A stretch of DNA of 63,209 bases, counting the filler, from Reticulomyxa filosa (Eukaryota; Protista; Foraminifera), in the NCBI GenBank assembly GCA_000512085.1. It is 16 parts of 16 records of this genome, joined end to end, with 100 filler letters (N's around TTAATTAATTAA, not from the genome) between each part and the next. Parts side by side here need not be neighbours in the genome. Positions count along the whole stretch, not along the records: positions 51,789 to 53,656 come from ASPP01049790.1; positions 53,757 to 56,850 come from ASPP01028680.1; positions 56,951 to 58,023 come from ASPP01009427.1; positions 58,124 to 59,779 come from ASPP01035652.1; positions 59,880 to 61,796 come from ASPP01027458.1; positions 61,897 to 63,209 come from ASPP01012162.1; 10 more parts are not named here. One strand, 5' to 3'. Under the pieces are notes generated by a model. It was not told the DNA's origin. It made no database searches and worked only from the letters and a program-made list of their open reading frames with translations. Shown here one piece after another: positions 51,815 to 63,209 of this stretch. The first letter of the stretch is position 1. Each line of letters starts with the position of its first letter. Both the position numbers and the translations under genes were made by a program.

Positions 51815-53078
51815 TTGTTATTATGGATGTTGTCAGTGGTAATGTTGATTGGTGGACTATACTTTGGTGCAAGAGTGTTGCTATCGATAGGTGCACAATG
51901 GTGGACTGATATTTTATCAACACCACGATATCACTCACGAAGTACACTCTCCGGAACGAACATGCATTCGCTTCATTCCTCATTTACCTCCACCTCGAAC
52001 GAACATGCGACTTGCAATGATGTAACCCACCGCAAAGATAAGAGTAACCAAAAAGAAGAGCCACTGCCAAAAGTGGAGGCAATTGAAAACATAAATACAA
52101 ATAAAGTATCCGAGAGTGGAAAGAACAAAGCTTGTAATGGCGAAGATGTGGTTATGCGTAGCCACAGCAACACATCGAAGCGAGCTGAAAAATACAGAAT
52201 CGAAGAGAGTAAAGAAGATGAAAACAGAGACAAAGAGAAAGACACACCAATTACAAAATTATTGAAAGGAGCACAAATGACCCCAGGTCCAGTGGCTCTA
52301 CACTTTCCAGAAAAAGAGTTCCTCCAAATGAAACTCGAAAGGTCAAGTGTGCAAGAATGGAGTGAGCGAGCCAAGCAAGTGAACCAGCAAGTGGGCATTG
52401 GAGGCAATCTGATGCAATGGATTGGACAGAGTCAATTGTTTGTAATACAATTATGTAAACAAAAACATGCCGTTTGGGAAGAAACAAACAAAGGGGGTCG
52501 ACTCATTGATTGAACAATTGAAGCTATGGTATCCACAGCAAAGACAGCGCTTTACCATTTTAGCAACCACCATTGCCAAATGTCACTTTTTAATGGATAA
52601 CTATGGTCAGCTGCAACTGGTAGCGAAAAACAAACAATCCCCACAAATCTGTCACTTGCTGGAAAAAACCAAGTGCTTTCTTCAAGATGTGGATACTTTG
52701 ACCTCGTTTATGGACAAAGGTCAGCATCATAGTGTCACCACCAAATTAATGAGCTTTGCAACCCTTGCATGGACGGTTGGGGAGTTGGATCCATCTGATT
52801 ATACGTTGTTCATGCGTTTATTTGCATTGTTTTATGGGGGGAACATTCCAGTGTCCCATTTCAGGGCACACATCATTTGCAGATCCCCTTGCACAAGGTT
52901 TAATCAGTTGGATACGTATCAAAATGATTTTGAGTACGTTGCAATTGCTTGTGTGTACGACTTTCAAGTTGATCACAATGAAGATGTTATTGATCATTCA
53001 CCGAATGCCAATTTTCCGTATTATTTTGTTATTTTCCAACAATCACTACTTCAAAAAAAAATACTCTGTTTGGAATAA
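51815..53078 (+). CDS. Hypothetical protein with N-terminal TM segment (two overlapping ORFs, probable 1-nt indel near 52490)
   Basis: ORFs 51815-52513 and 52467-53078 overlap at a G5 run; coding-like composition; no family recognised. Confidence 0.5.
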
Positions 53079-53798
53079 TAAAGAAAATGTTTGCATTAAC
53101 TATCCCTATGACAAACTCAAAGTCAGTGCTTGGTACGCCGAGCCTGACAAATGCAACGTTTTTCATTGCATTACCTTGTTTACTGTATTTGTTCATCTGT
53201 TTTTAAATGACCACTTGAATGGAACTCAGCTGCAACAAACTAACTCTCTTGAAATTGTGTTAGGATTAATTTTATAATAATAGTCTGTCTTCTTTATATG
53301 CGCAATTATTGTTTTTTCTATCCTCTTTGCACAGATTATTTAAATTGTGAAATTGTTGTCTTTCATTGAATACTCTTATCTAGAGTTTGAATAAAAAACT
53401 GCTTTCATTAAGTTCTCTTTCTATTTCTTGGGAAAATAACCTTTTGCGGATGTAGTGCTGGAAAAAGAAAACTAAGACCAAGCAATGAAAACGATTCGGC
53501 TTGGTCTGTTTAATAGTTATTGTCTCTTTGGTCGGATGCATATTTTTTTTGTTAATTATATTTTTTTTTGGAATGGAAAAAAGAAATTAAAAAAGAACTA
53601 AAGACTAACTCGATAATACAATACGAGTTTTAGAATTCAAAAATTACATACTTTCGNNNNNNNNNNNNNNNNNNNNNNNNNNNNNNNNNNNNNNNNNNNN
53701 TTAATTAATTAANNNNNNNNNNNNNNNNNNNNNNNNNNNNNNNNNNNNNNNNNNNNCAAACAAAAAAAAAAAAAAAATGAGATAATTTTTGTAATAAT

Positions 53799-54502
53799 TT
53801 ATATTGGAATATTTTTTGCCAAACTGTAAAAGATACAAAACAGAATAGACACAGCATGGCTTCGTTTCCATTCGTCAGTTGGAGTTTGAGCTTGATTTTG
53901 AGTTTGATTCGATGGGACCACGTTATGTGTTCCCAAGGCAATAGCGGTTGAAATGTTATTGGACAGGGTCGCATTGGCAGCAGTAGCAGTATTCGTGGCG
54001 GGCTCGATGGTAATGGTGAGGGGCGTTGGCGAGGGCTCCTTTCTGTCTTCCGACACGTTGGCCTGCAGGTAGATCGAACTGTTGCTTTTGTTCTTTTCCA
54101 ACGTGGACAAGTCGCCTGTCGACATCGTCGTAGTGTCGTAATCGTCACTGCTGGAAACGCAGCACCAACAGCGAAACCAAGACCCACTTTTCTTACTCGC
54201 TCCGCTTTTCGCCGTCAATGGCGAGGCACTGTTTGTCCGAGACATTCCAGTCTCCCTATATTCACACATGCACATATACACATTATATATATATATATAT
54301 ATATGTACATATACATATATATATAAATATAATATAAATATAAATATAAATATAAATGTATATAAACCTGGTGTCGATGAAGTCAACACTTGAAGCAGGT
54401 TTCAGAGTACTGAGAGGTAAGACACTATTACTTGAAACAGGTTCATTCCAGGGAACACCTGGGTTTGAAGCGGGGAGGTCCAATTGCTTTTGGTCTTCTT
54501 TA

Positions 54503-54536
<34 letters not shown>

Positions 54537-55752
54537 CATTGTTTTTATTATTATTATCATTGTTGTTATCATTGTCGTTATCTTTATTATTATCATTATT
54601 ATCATTGTAATTGTAATTTTCAAGGCCGTTCGTGGCAACATTGGCATGTTGTCCCCAGTTGTTAATGACAAAGTCATCGGCAGACATATGCAGTGACGCG
54701 CTTTCCATCAATGTCAACGTAGGTGCGGTTGGGTTCTTCAACTTTGTCGTGGTCGTTGTTGTTTTGCTTTCGCTCACTGCCAACAAGTCTTTCGATTTGT
54801 ACTTGGTCTTACCTTTTTCCTTTTCCCCATTGTTCAACACCATTTTCGTCGCTGCGACATTGCTTTCTGTCACTAAAACTTTCTTTTGTCCTCCATCTTG
54901 TACAAACGCTGCGTCCAATGCTTTCTCCAAGCTGTCTTCCGACAGTTGCTTCACTTCGTCAGGGGGATTCTCATCCATCCCGACATCAATGCTGATGCGA
55001 GTCACAACAGCTTTTTCCTCTTCCTCCTCGTCCTCATCCTCTTCTTCATCTTCTTCCTCTTCTGCATCCTCCACGCTCTTTCATTTTTTTTATTTTTTTT
55101 TTTTTTGTGCGGTTTATCGCAAAAGACAAGTCTTTTTAAAAAAAAAAAAAGGGGAGGGGAATAATTTTTTTTTAAAAAAAAAAAAACTTGATTTCGGCCA
55201 AGTGGTTCCAGAAAGACGATTTTATTTTCATTGTCGTTGTCGTTGTCATTGTCATTGTCATTATCATTATCATTATCGTTGTAAATGCCATTGCCATTGG
55301 TATTGGTGTTGACATTGGTATTGCCATTGGTGTGGGGTGGATGAGTGTCTAATTCGAACATGGTTTGACTGAATACAGCTTTGCCGTTCTTATTTTTTTT
55401 TTTTCGGTTTGTTACCATCGGCACTGTTGTTGTCATTGTCAGTGTCGGTGTCATTATCGTAAGGAGACCCCGGATGAGGAAGTGAAAAACTCCGCACTTG
55501 CAATGGCGGCACTTCTGTCACTTTGTGAGTCGCTATTAATCGCTTTGCCACTTTTCTTTCTGCTGCCATGTCCTCGTTCGCATTTGGAGCACCGTCGTTC
55601 ACATTCGTTATCGTCTTCGTTCGATATAGCTGCTTCGAACCTGCACGTATATGCCCACGAGTACCTGAGCGCGTTCGACTATGCTGCTCTTGCTTCTTTT
55701 TCGCTTTCGCTCGGGCCAATAACACCAATCGATGCATGGTCTCGGCGCTCAT
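53799..55752 (-). CDS. Low-complexity hypothetical protein (N/D/E-rich; multi-exon)
   Basis: Exons in ORFs 55390-55752, 55002-55454, 54283-55074 and 53799-54389; intron 54256-54367 joins DTR|ETGMSR; Cys cluster SWFRCWCCV. Confidence 0.55.
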
Positions 55753-56152
55753 TTTTTTTTTAAATTCTCAAATAAGATTAGAGTGATGAAATAAAAATAA
55801 TTGAGATGAATTTTTTTTTGACAAAAAACAAACAAAAGTAAGTTATTTACATTTTTTTTACTTTTTCTGACGGTTGATGCCGAAACGAAGGAAAATACAA
55901 ATGTTTGCGTTTGTGAAGTAAAGATTCAGTTGTATGTATTTCGCTTAGAAACGAAGAGAGCATTATTAATACAGTGTTACAACTGTAACAAGCATCAAAT
56001 ACATTTTTTTGTTTAAATGCAAACAGGATAATTTGTTTCGCTACGAAAAAAAAAGAAAATATTACGTGATTTGTTCGATGAAATTGATCAAAATCCTCTA
56101 AAGATTTTTTCAAACTCTTTGAGCGTTCCTCCTAGCGTTCATTGAATAGGAA

Positions 56153-56770
56153 ATGGAACTTGCTGAGAACAAAGAAGAAGTGGCCATGTCTTCCAATACT
56201 TGCTTTGAGAGAAATTGGATATTGACTTGTAATTCATTGCAACAAATCAAGGACGAGTATGTTTGTGTAGTTTGCCAACAAGTTGCCAGCAATCCTCACC
56301 AACTGGTTTGCAAAGAGCACGAAGAGTTTGGTGACAGTTTGATTGTTGGTGAAAGTTGTTTGAAGCGATATCTCCAGGAAAGTAACGGTCAATGTCCAAT
56401 TTTGCAGCACACAGGTTGTGAGTACTCTCACAGCGAATTGGTGCAAAAGCAAATTGACGATTTGACAGTAAGGTGTCCACGACAATACCAACTTGACTCC
56501 CAAGCAGTCCAAGAAAAAGGCAAAATTTTTCCAAAAAAGGACGAGCCGATGACAAGATGTAGTTTCAAGGGAAGATTGCAAGATGTAAATGACCACTTAG
56601 AAAACTCATGTCCATTGGAATTGTCAAGCTGTTGGTTCAAGCCATTTGGCTGTGCGATGATATTACTGAAAGATAGCGAGCAAGCCCATTTGCTATCGCA
56701 AGTGCAATTTCATTTGGATTTGGTGAAGACCCACGTTCAAACGTTAGAAAAAAAGAATCAACAATTCAAA
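56153..56770 (+). CDS. Variant RING + TRAF-type zinc-finger protein (3' truncated)
   Basis: YVCVVCQQVASNPHQLVCKEH...VGESCL...CPILQHTGC; CSFKGRLQDVNDHLENSCPLELSSCWFKPFGC; donor GT at 56771. Confidence 0.8.
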
Positions 56771-56950
56771 GTTGTCATACTCACTTAAAATAATAATAAT
56801 AATAACAATATTGATTGTCCTTATTCAATTAGTCTTGCACATAACAAAAANNNNNNNNNNNNNNNNNNNNNNNNNNNNNNNNNNNNNNNNNNNNTTAATT
56901 AATTAANNNNNNNNNNNNNNNNNNNNNNNNNNNNNNNNNNNNNNNNNNNN

Positions 56951-58023
56951 GTGCACTTTGCCGTCAGCCACTCCGAGGTGCGCATGTGCACGCGGCTGGC
57001 CGGTAGTGCCAGCGTGTTCCTGCCGTTTAACCGTGGCAATGGCGGTGGTGCCGGTAATGCCCCCAACCCGCACGGGGCGGCGACTGCCTATCTATGGGAA
57101 GAGGTGTGGCAGCGCGACAGCTGGTTGCAGATTCTGGGCCGCTACCTGATTGGCAAGCGCAACGACAAGCAGCAGCCGGTGGGGGTGATCTTCCCGCGCT
57201 ACCACCAGCTGGACGCTACCCGCCGCCTGGTGGCGGACGTATTGCAGCACGGCCCCGGCCAGCGCTATCTGGTGCAGCATTCGGCCGGTTCCGGCAAGAC
57301 CAACTCGATTGCCTGGAGCGCCCACTTTCTGGCCGACCTGCACGATGCGGCCAACGTGAAGCTGTTCGACAGCGTGCTGGTGGTGTCCGACCGCACCGTG
57401 CTGGATAGCCAGCTGCAGGAGGCCATCTTCAGCTTTGAACGCACCACTGGCGTGGTGGCCAACATCAAGGGCGAGGGCGGCAGCAAGAGCGCCGAGCTGG
57501 GTCAGGCGCTGAAGGACGGCAAGAAGATCATTGTCTGCACCATCCAGACCTTCCCGTTTGCACTGAAGACGGTGCAGGAGCTGGCGGCCACAGAGGGCAA
57601 GCGCTTTGCCGTGATCGCCGACGAGGCGCACAGCTCGCAAACCGGCGAGGCGGCGTCCAAGCTCAAGCAGCTGTTGTCGGCCGAGGAAATCGCCGAGCTG
57701 GCCGACGGTGGCGAGATCAGCAGCGAAGACATGTTGGCCGCACAGATGGCCGCCCGCGCCGGCAGCGACGGTCTGACCTACGTGGCCTTTACCGCCACGC
57801 CGAAGGGCAAGACGCTGGAGCTGTTCGGCCGCAAGGACGACAACGGCCTGCCGCAGCCCTTCCATGTGTATTCGATGCGCCAGGCCATCGAGGAAGGCTT
57901 CATCCTCGACGTGCTGAAGAACTACACCAGCTACAAGCTGGCGTTCAAGCTGGCCCACGACGGCAAGGAGTGGGACGACACCCAGGTAGAACGCAGCGAG
58001 GCGATGAAAGGCATCATGCAGTG
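56951..58023 (+). CDS. hsdR: Bacterial type I restriction endonuclease subunit R (internal fragment)
   Basis: FLPFNRG, PRYHQ, HSAGSGKTNSIAW (motif I), SDRTVLD, IADEAHSSQ, FTATPK, YSMRQAIEEGFILDVL. Intronless, with strongly GC3-biased codons unlike every other contig. Confidence 0.96.
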
Positions 58024-58123
58024 NNNNNNNNNNNNNNNNNNNNNNNNNNNNNNNNNNNNNNNNNNNNTTAATTAATTAANNNNNNNNNNNNNNNNNNNNN
58101 NNNNNNNNNNNNNNNNNNNNNNN

Positions 58124-59779
58124 AATACAATGGAAAGTCTTTGGAGGCATCATCCGTACAATAATAATGACCAAGCGCAAGGCAGTGCAACTGACACTAA
58201 AAGCAAGAATATAAAAAAGGCAAAGTATCGCCATAACACTCTCATTGTGTATCATTTGGATGTGTCCTCTTGCATTTCTTCTTCAATGAATACATTCTTA
58301 TTTGAACTGCTTTTTTTGCAACATATCAATGCCACGATCAATTCGCAGTGTTTCCATGTCAACCCAAACATGGCATTTTTGATCGAAATACCGTCCCAAT
58401 TGAACGGAGTGGAGCCAATCTGTGCAAAGATCTTGCACACGGTATTTTCAGTGTCGAGTTTTCCTGTTGTTCATGTAACGCAGGAAACCAACCCTTATAT
58501 ATTTGGCCCAGAAGCGAAATTTTCGATCAAATGGATGAAGGAATTTTATGCTGAACATTTAAAGTTTCCAAAATAAATAAATATTTATTTATTTATTTAT
58601 GCTCCCTTGCTCTTTCTTATTCTATTCGTTGGACATTGATTACAGAAATACTGATGTACATGCACATAAAAAGTAAATACAAATAATGTGGATAGGAACA
58701 AAGATCCTAATATGAAGGAAATCGCCGACTTGGAAACAAAGGAAATGAGGGAAATAATGGAAAAACATTGTCCACATGTTGCACGTGCTTCTCCTTTGCA
58801 TCAAACTGCTTTTTATAAATATATGTATAATCAATTTCAGTTTTTGGCTTACTCTGTTCTTTTAGCAAATGAGATGGAAGAGAGTAGATACTGGCCAATT
58901 CGATTTAAACATGCAGTCACTGATTCGGTGATCAAAATTGGCGCAGGTCTTGCTTATCGCTGTTACCAAAGAAGAGGAGTCGGTTTGGAAGAAAGTAATG
59001 GAGAGGATGAATTTTATCTGTGCAAACAATGGCGAACAGCACGAGAATTTCTTTATTTAGTAAATCAGGATGACGCAGGTTTGAGGGATTTTTTTTATCT
59101 AGACTGTTTTTGCAATAGAAAAAGCACTTATTTGTGTATATACGTCTTTCCCTCCCTATATTCTCTGTGCAATAAGGTACAATTTCGATGCTCATCAATG
59201 ACACAAAACGGCAGTCCCGAGAATGCTTACAAGCTTTGCACGACTTGCATTTTACAATTTTGAGTTGGGATAAGGAAATGAAAGATCGAAATGCCTTAAT
59301 TGAAACCCAATGGAAGGTACTTTTTTCAACACCCTCCAAACTTTATGTAATATACACATGCACACGTATACGTATATACGCACGCATATACGTGCACATC
59401 TAAATGAAAGACTATGTTAAAAATAAAAAAAAAGGTAGAAAAAGATAAAAAGCCAAAGAACAATACAGAAATTGAAGAAAAAGAAAAAAGAACAGAGTTA
59501 CTATTTCGTGTGGTTGGCACAAAAGAAACTTTAAAACCAAAGATCAAAGTAGAGTTATGGGGAATGGAGTTCAAGATGGAAAAACAAGAGATAAGTAAAG
59601 ATATGAAAGTGGGAGAGTTTCGACATTACGTGTTAACTTACGACAACATCCTAAAAATGATTGCAATTTATTTGCGTATACAATCCGATACCCCCGTGAT
59701 TTTAATGGGAGAAACAGGTTGTGGAAAGACGTCGCTAATCAAATGTTTAGCTAAAGTGGCCAGCGTTCCATTGCAAGCC
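58124..59779 (+). CDS. RNF213/mysterin-like AAA+ ATPase (internal multi-exon fragment)
   Basis: YVLTYDNILKMIAIYLRIQSDTPVILMGETGCGKTSLI parallels RNF213 (LTxDNxxKxxAIxxRxxxxxPVIIMGETGCGKT); upstream YHLDVSS...FLFELLFL...FLIEIP is also RNF213-like. Confidence 0.8.
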
Positions 59780-62056
59780 NNNNNNNNNNNNNNNNNNNNN
59801 NNNNNNNNNNNNNNNNNNNNNNNTTAATTAATTAANNNNNNNNNNNNNNNNNNNNNNNNNNNNNNNNNNNNNNNNNNNNAGTATGGAAAGATTTGGTAAC
59901 AAATAAATTTATTACTTTTTTTGTGTTTGAGAATGAAGTATTTATTCTTTATGTGTAGAAAGAACTTACTAAGTGTAATGGATGTGCTAATTTCAATAAA
60001 ATAAAAATGAATTAGATGACGAATTATGTTTTAAGGGAAATTTATTTTAACCTGGATTTGATGCATTCGTGCGCTTGGAAGTGAAATATCACTGTCCGTT
60101 CAAGTAAACTTGTAAAAGTACGGACTTTAATTCCTTAATTTTTGAACAAAAAACATAAAAAGAAAAAAATAATTCACGTTTGGACGTATACGTAATTGGC
60201 GGCTTTTTTCGCAATTGTTGCGCTTTTACGATGGTGGCTCTGACAATAATGGTTCTGCTGCTGCATTTGCCATTTTTCTAGCTTTTCAATTCAGAATGGG
60301 AGATCTTTTTAATACGCTCTAAACTAAAAAAAACTATTCCTTCAAAAAAAAAACAAAGGGACATGGACCGGGTGAAACATTTGAGACAGTTGCTCGCTGA
60401 ATTGAAAGAAAAATATATTATTGGATTGGTGTAACAAATTTGTTGGTAATCCAGTTGTATTATTATATGGTTTTTTGGTAGCGTATTTGATAACAAGTTG
60501 TTCAATTTCTGGAAGAGACAACAAAGAATGCTAATCAGTAGTGTTTGTGCGGTTGTTGTCGTTGCTTTTCTTTGCATTTGCTGAGCCATTCTCTAAACTT
60601 TTTTCTTTCATGTCGCCAAACATTGTCTTTTGGATTTTAAAATTGTTCTGGTTTATGAATTTTTTTTTAAAAAAAACCTCTTTACAAACTAAAAAAAGAA
60701 AAATGAATGAAATTGTGTTATCAGATACAAAATCAGTCAATAAAAAAAAGGGACAGTATTTACACCTGGTTAAAAAAAAAAGGGTCTTTAAAATGAAAGA
60801 CAACAAGCGGAAATCAGTTATTTACAAAAAACAAATCCTATCGGAAAAAATTTGGGGAGAAGAAAAAAAAAGAAAGAAACTCACACTCATTACATCATCA
60901 ATTAACCGCATCAACCAATCAACAATTTTTCGCACTTCAATAATGTACCTATTTTTTAAATTGAATTTACGTTCATGAAGGGAAAATTTTTTGTTGATAT
61001 CTTACAAATCCCTTCAACACCACACACTAATAACACTCTTTCACATCACTGAAACGCATACTCTACCCTAATGAAAAAAATTGCAATAAGTTTGACATAT
61101 CGACGCTGTACCGTAATGTTCACGTTCCAAAGCCCATTTACTTTTTTTTTTAACCCTTTTTTTTAATTTCCCTTCCCAATTTTTTAAATCCCATCCCAAT
61201 CCTGCCAAGCTACAAATAACTAAAAAAGGAAGGGCTTGATTTCAAAGCACTATCTCGTAATTTATTAATTATCTTGATTCATCATATGGTGAGCATTCTT
61301 CTATCAAATAAGTTGCTTTTTTCATTTGGTTTTGCTGTGCTTTTCAACGGCTTTTGTCAAAACCAAAAATTAAAGGCATAAATAAAAAGCAATGAAAGTT
61401 TTCAGTTTTGCATTACCCTTGTTTTCCTTTTCTTTTTCGTTACTAAAATTTGTTATGACACTCTCGAAGCCTTTATATGAAAAATGATAAGTTTATTATT
61501 AATGACAGTAATAACATCTTTTCAAGCCACTTTGAGCAAATTAAGAAAGATAGACAAAAATCTATTTCTTTTGTTGCGTGAAAGATATGAAAGTTTGACC
61601 ATTATTTCGATTGAGATTTTTTAGAGTAAATTATTTAAGATTTATTTTTGATTTTTCTAAAATGTAAATTTTAAAAAACTTTTTATTCCTTCTCTAATGA
61701 CAATAATTTTATTGTCTTTAATAATCCAAAAAATAAAAAATTTAATTTATTGTTGTTTGCGCGTTGCACAACTATGTTTCATTGTTTTTTTAAAAANNNN
61801 NNNNNNNNNNNNNNNNNNNNNNNNNNNNNNNNNNNNNNNNTTAATTAATTAANNNNNNNNNNNNNNNNNNNNNNNNNNNNNNNNNNNNNNNNNNNNAAAA
61901 AAAAGGTAAAAATGTGGGAGTTTTTTTGGGAGTTTCCCCTTTACAACAGTGGTGAAGGAAGCTCAAGATGAAAAAGAAAATGCCAATGTTAAGGACTGAC
62001 TAGGGAAAAAAAAATTGGGAAGGAAATAAAAAAAAAAGAAAAGATAACATGAAAAA

Positions 62057-63170
62057 TCAAATCGATTTATCAGTTGTCGCTTGTCTCCATTTGATCGCCT
62101 TTTCAAAAAATTCCACAACCTTAGCCGAGTAGGTCATAGCTTTCATAGGATTTTCAAACTTTTCAGTATTGAAAAGATTTGGTCCAATCACAATTGCCAA
62201 GTTCTGTAAAGTCGTGTATAAAAATTGATCACACGATTTGCGCAATGAAAAATTAACATATATATACATATACATATATGTGTATATGCATATATATATG
62301 TATATATAAACTTTGGGTCCCATTTTATTGACACTTTCATAACAAGCACATTCAACGCACATATCGCATAACCATAAGAAAATGGACTTGTGAGGTTCGG
62401 GGAAGTCGGAAATGATTTTGACGACATCCGACTCTTTGGATGCCATTTCCACTCGCTCAGGGGCGACACAGCTGAGCAATGGATCGGGCAAGTCTCGAAA
62501 CCAGACTTTGATTAAATTGGCGTACACATTGACGTCGGCTTGCTGACTATTCATTTCAAACTTGCCCGAGTCGATAGACGACTTGATGGCATTATTATCT
62601 CGCGCGTCCGGAGCCAGTCGAAAGATGCCCACTTGCTGATAGCCATTGGCTTCCACCAGCTTCTCTTTCAGGATCACCAGCACCTTTGGAATTTTCGCAC
62701 TGTACTGCGGCAACTTCACGCCGGGAATGTGTTTCGGCGACACTCCAAACTGCTTATTTAACAATTCCTCCCACTCCTTTGGCAGTCCGTGGAACACGCC
62801 TTCGTCCTTGTCGTACGTCACTTGCACCGTACGTTCCACAAATGTTACATCTGATATCTTGTCGTCTTGTTTCTTAAACTTTTGTGGTTCTTTTTTGTTT
62901 TGTTTTGTTTTTTGAAACACATACATACAAACAAACAAACAAGTGATTGAATATTTATTTTATGATTGAAAAAAAAAAAAAAAAAAAAAATGACTTGCTG
63001 CAAGGACAGTCAATTTTCCCAGCTTGGGGGTGCCTTTGGGAGCGGATTTGGTTTGATTGGAATTGAGATGGTAGTCGGGTTGATTCAAATCGGCCACTGA
63101 CATTTTTTTCTTTGCTTCAAATTGGAAGCCATTCACTACTGCTCTTACCGGAGACAATGGTTTGATTTCT
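62057..63170 (-). CDS. CRIB/PBD-like domain + RhoGAP protein (5' truncated)
   Basis: ISDVTFVERTVQVTYDKDEGVFHGLPKEWEELL (PAK-box-like); IPKVL...GIFRLAP (Arg finger), ANLIKVWFRDLPDPLL, NKMGPK|NLAIVIGPNLF after removing intron 62204-62311; intron 62890-62994. Confidence 0.9.
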
Positions 63171-63173
63171 CCC

Positions 63174-63209
<36 letters not shown>

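Noticed and set aside
56153-59779. Apparent defence island of TRAF-like, hsdR and RNF213-like genes
   Set aside because: Three separate contigs divided by spacers, and hsdR is compositionally foreign. The adjacency is artificial.
59880-61796. ORFs in contig 15
   Set aside because: Mostly homopolymer-rich sequence. A minus-strand frame at 60342-60630 with one internal TAG may be a remnant but cannot be supported.
12555-61896. Recurring TTAATTAATTAA flanked by Ns as a biological repeat or CRISPR-like array
   Set aside because: Fixed N44-12mer-N44 format with six-frame stops: an artificial concatenation linker.

Overview
This window is not a contiguous locus. It is 16 short contigs joined by an artificial 100-bp spacer (44 N + TTAATTAATTAA + 44 N), so gene neighbours across spacers mean nothing. 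Fifteen contigs come from an AT-rich, intron-rich eukaryote. A highly divergent alpha-tubulin C-terminus, plus Kelch/WD40 and variant RING-TRAF gene families, suggest a foraminiferan such as Reticulomyxa (Rhizaria); this is recognition from memory, not a search result. One contig (56951-58023) is GC-rich bacterial DNA encoding a type I restriction HsdR subunit. Recognisable eukaryotic genes: a GNPTAB-like Stealth phosphotransferase, NIFK/Nop15 and EBP2 in tandem, a Kelch-WD40 fusion, a GH31 glycosidase, GGT, PepN-type M1 aminopeptidase, C2H2 and CCCH zinc-finger proteins, CHMP1, an RNF213-like AAA+ protein and a CRIB-RhoGAP. Several pseudogenes are also present (multi-CAP-Gly, DSD1/D-threonine-aldolase-like, alpha-tubulin). 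The most notable observations are: (i) introns with T-rich 5' halves, poly-A instead of a polypyrimidine tract before the AG, frequent GTT donors and perfect internal hairpins; (ii) a candidate TPP1/Est3-like telomere OB-fold gene; (iii) a small MITE-like element present in two copies. All exon structures were inferred by eye and are approximate.
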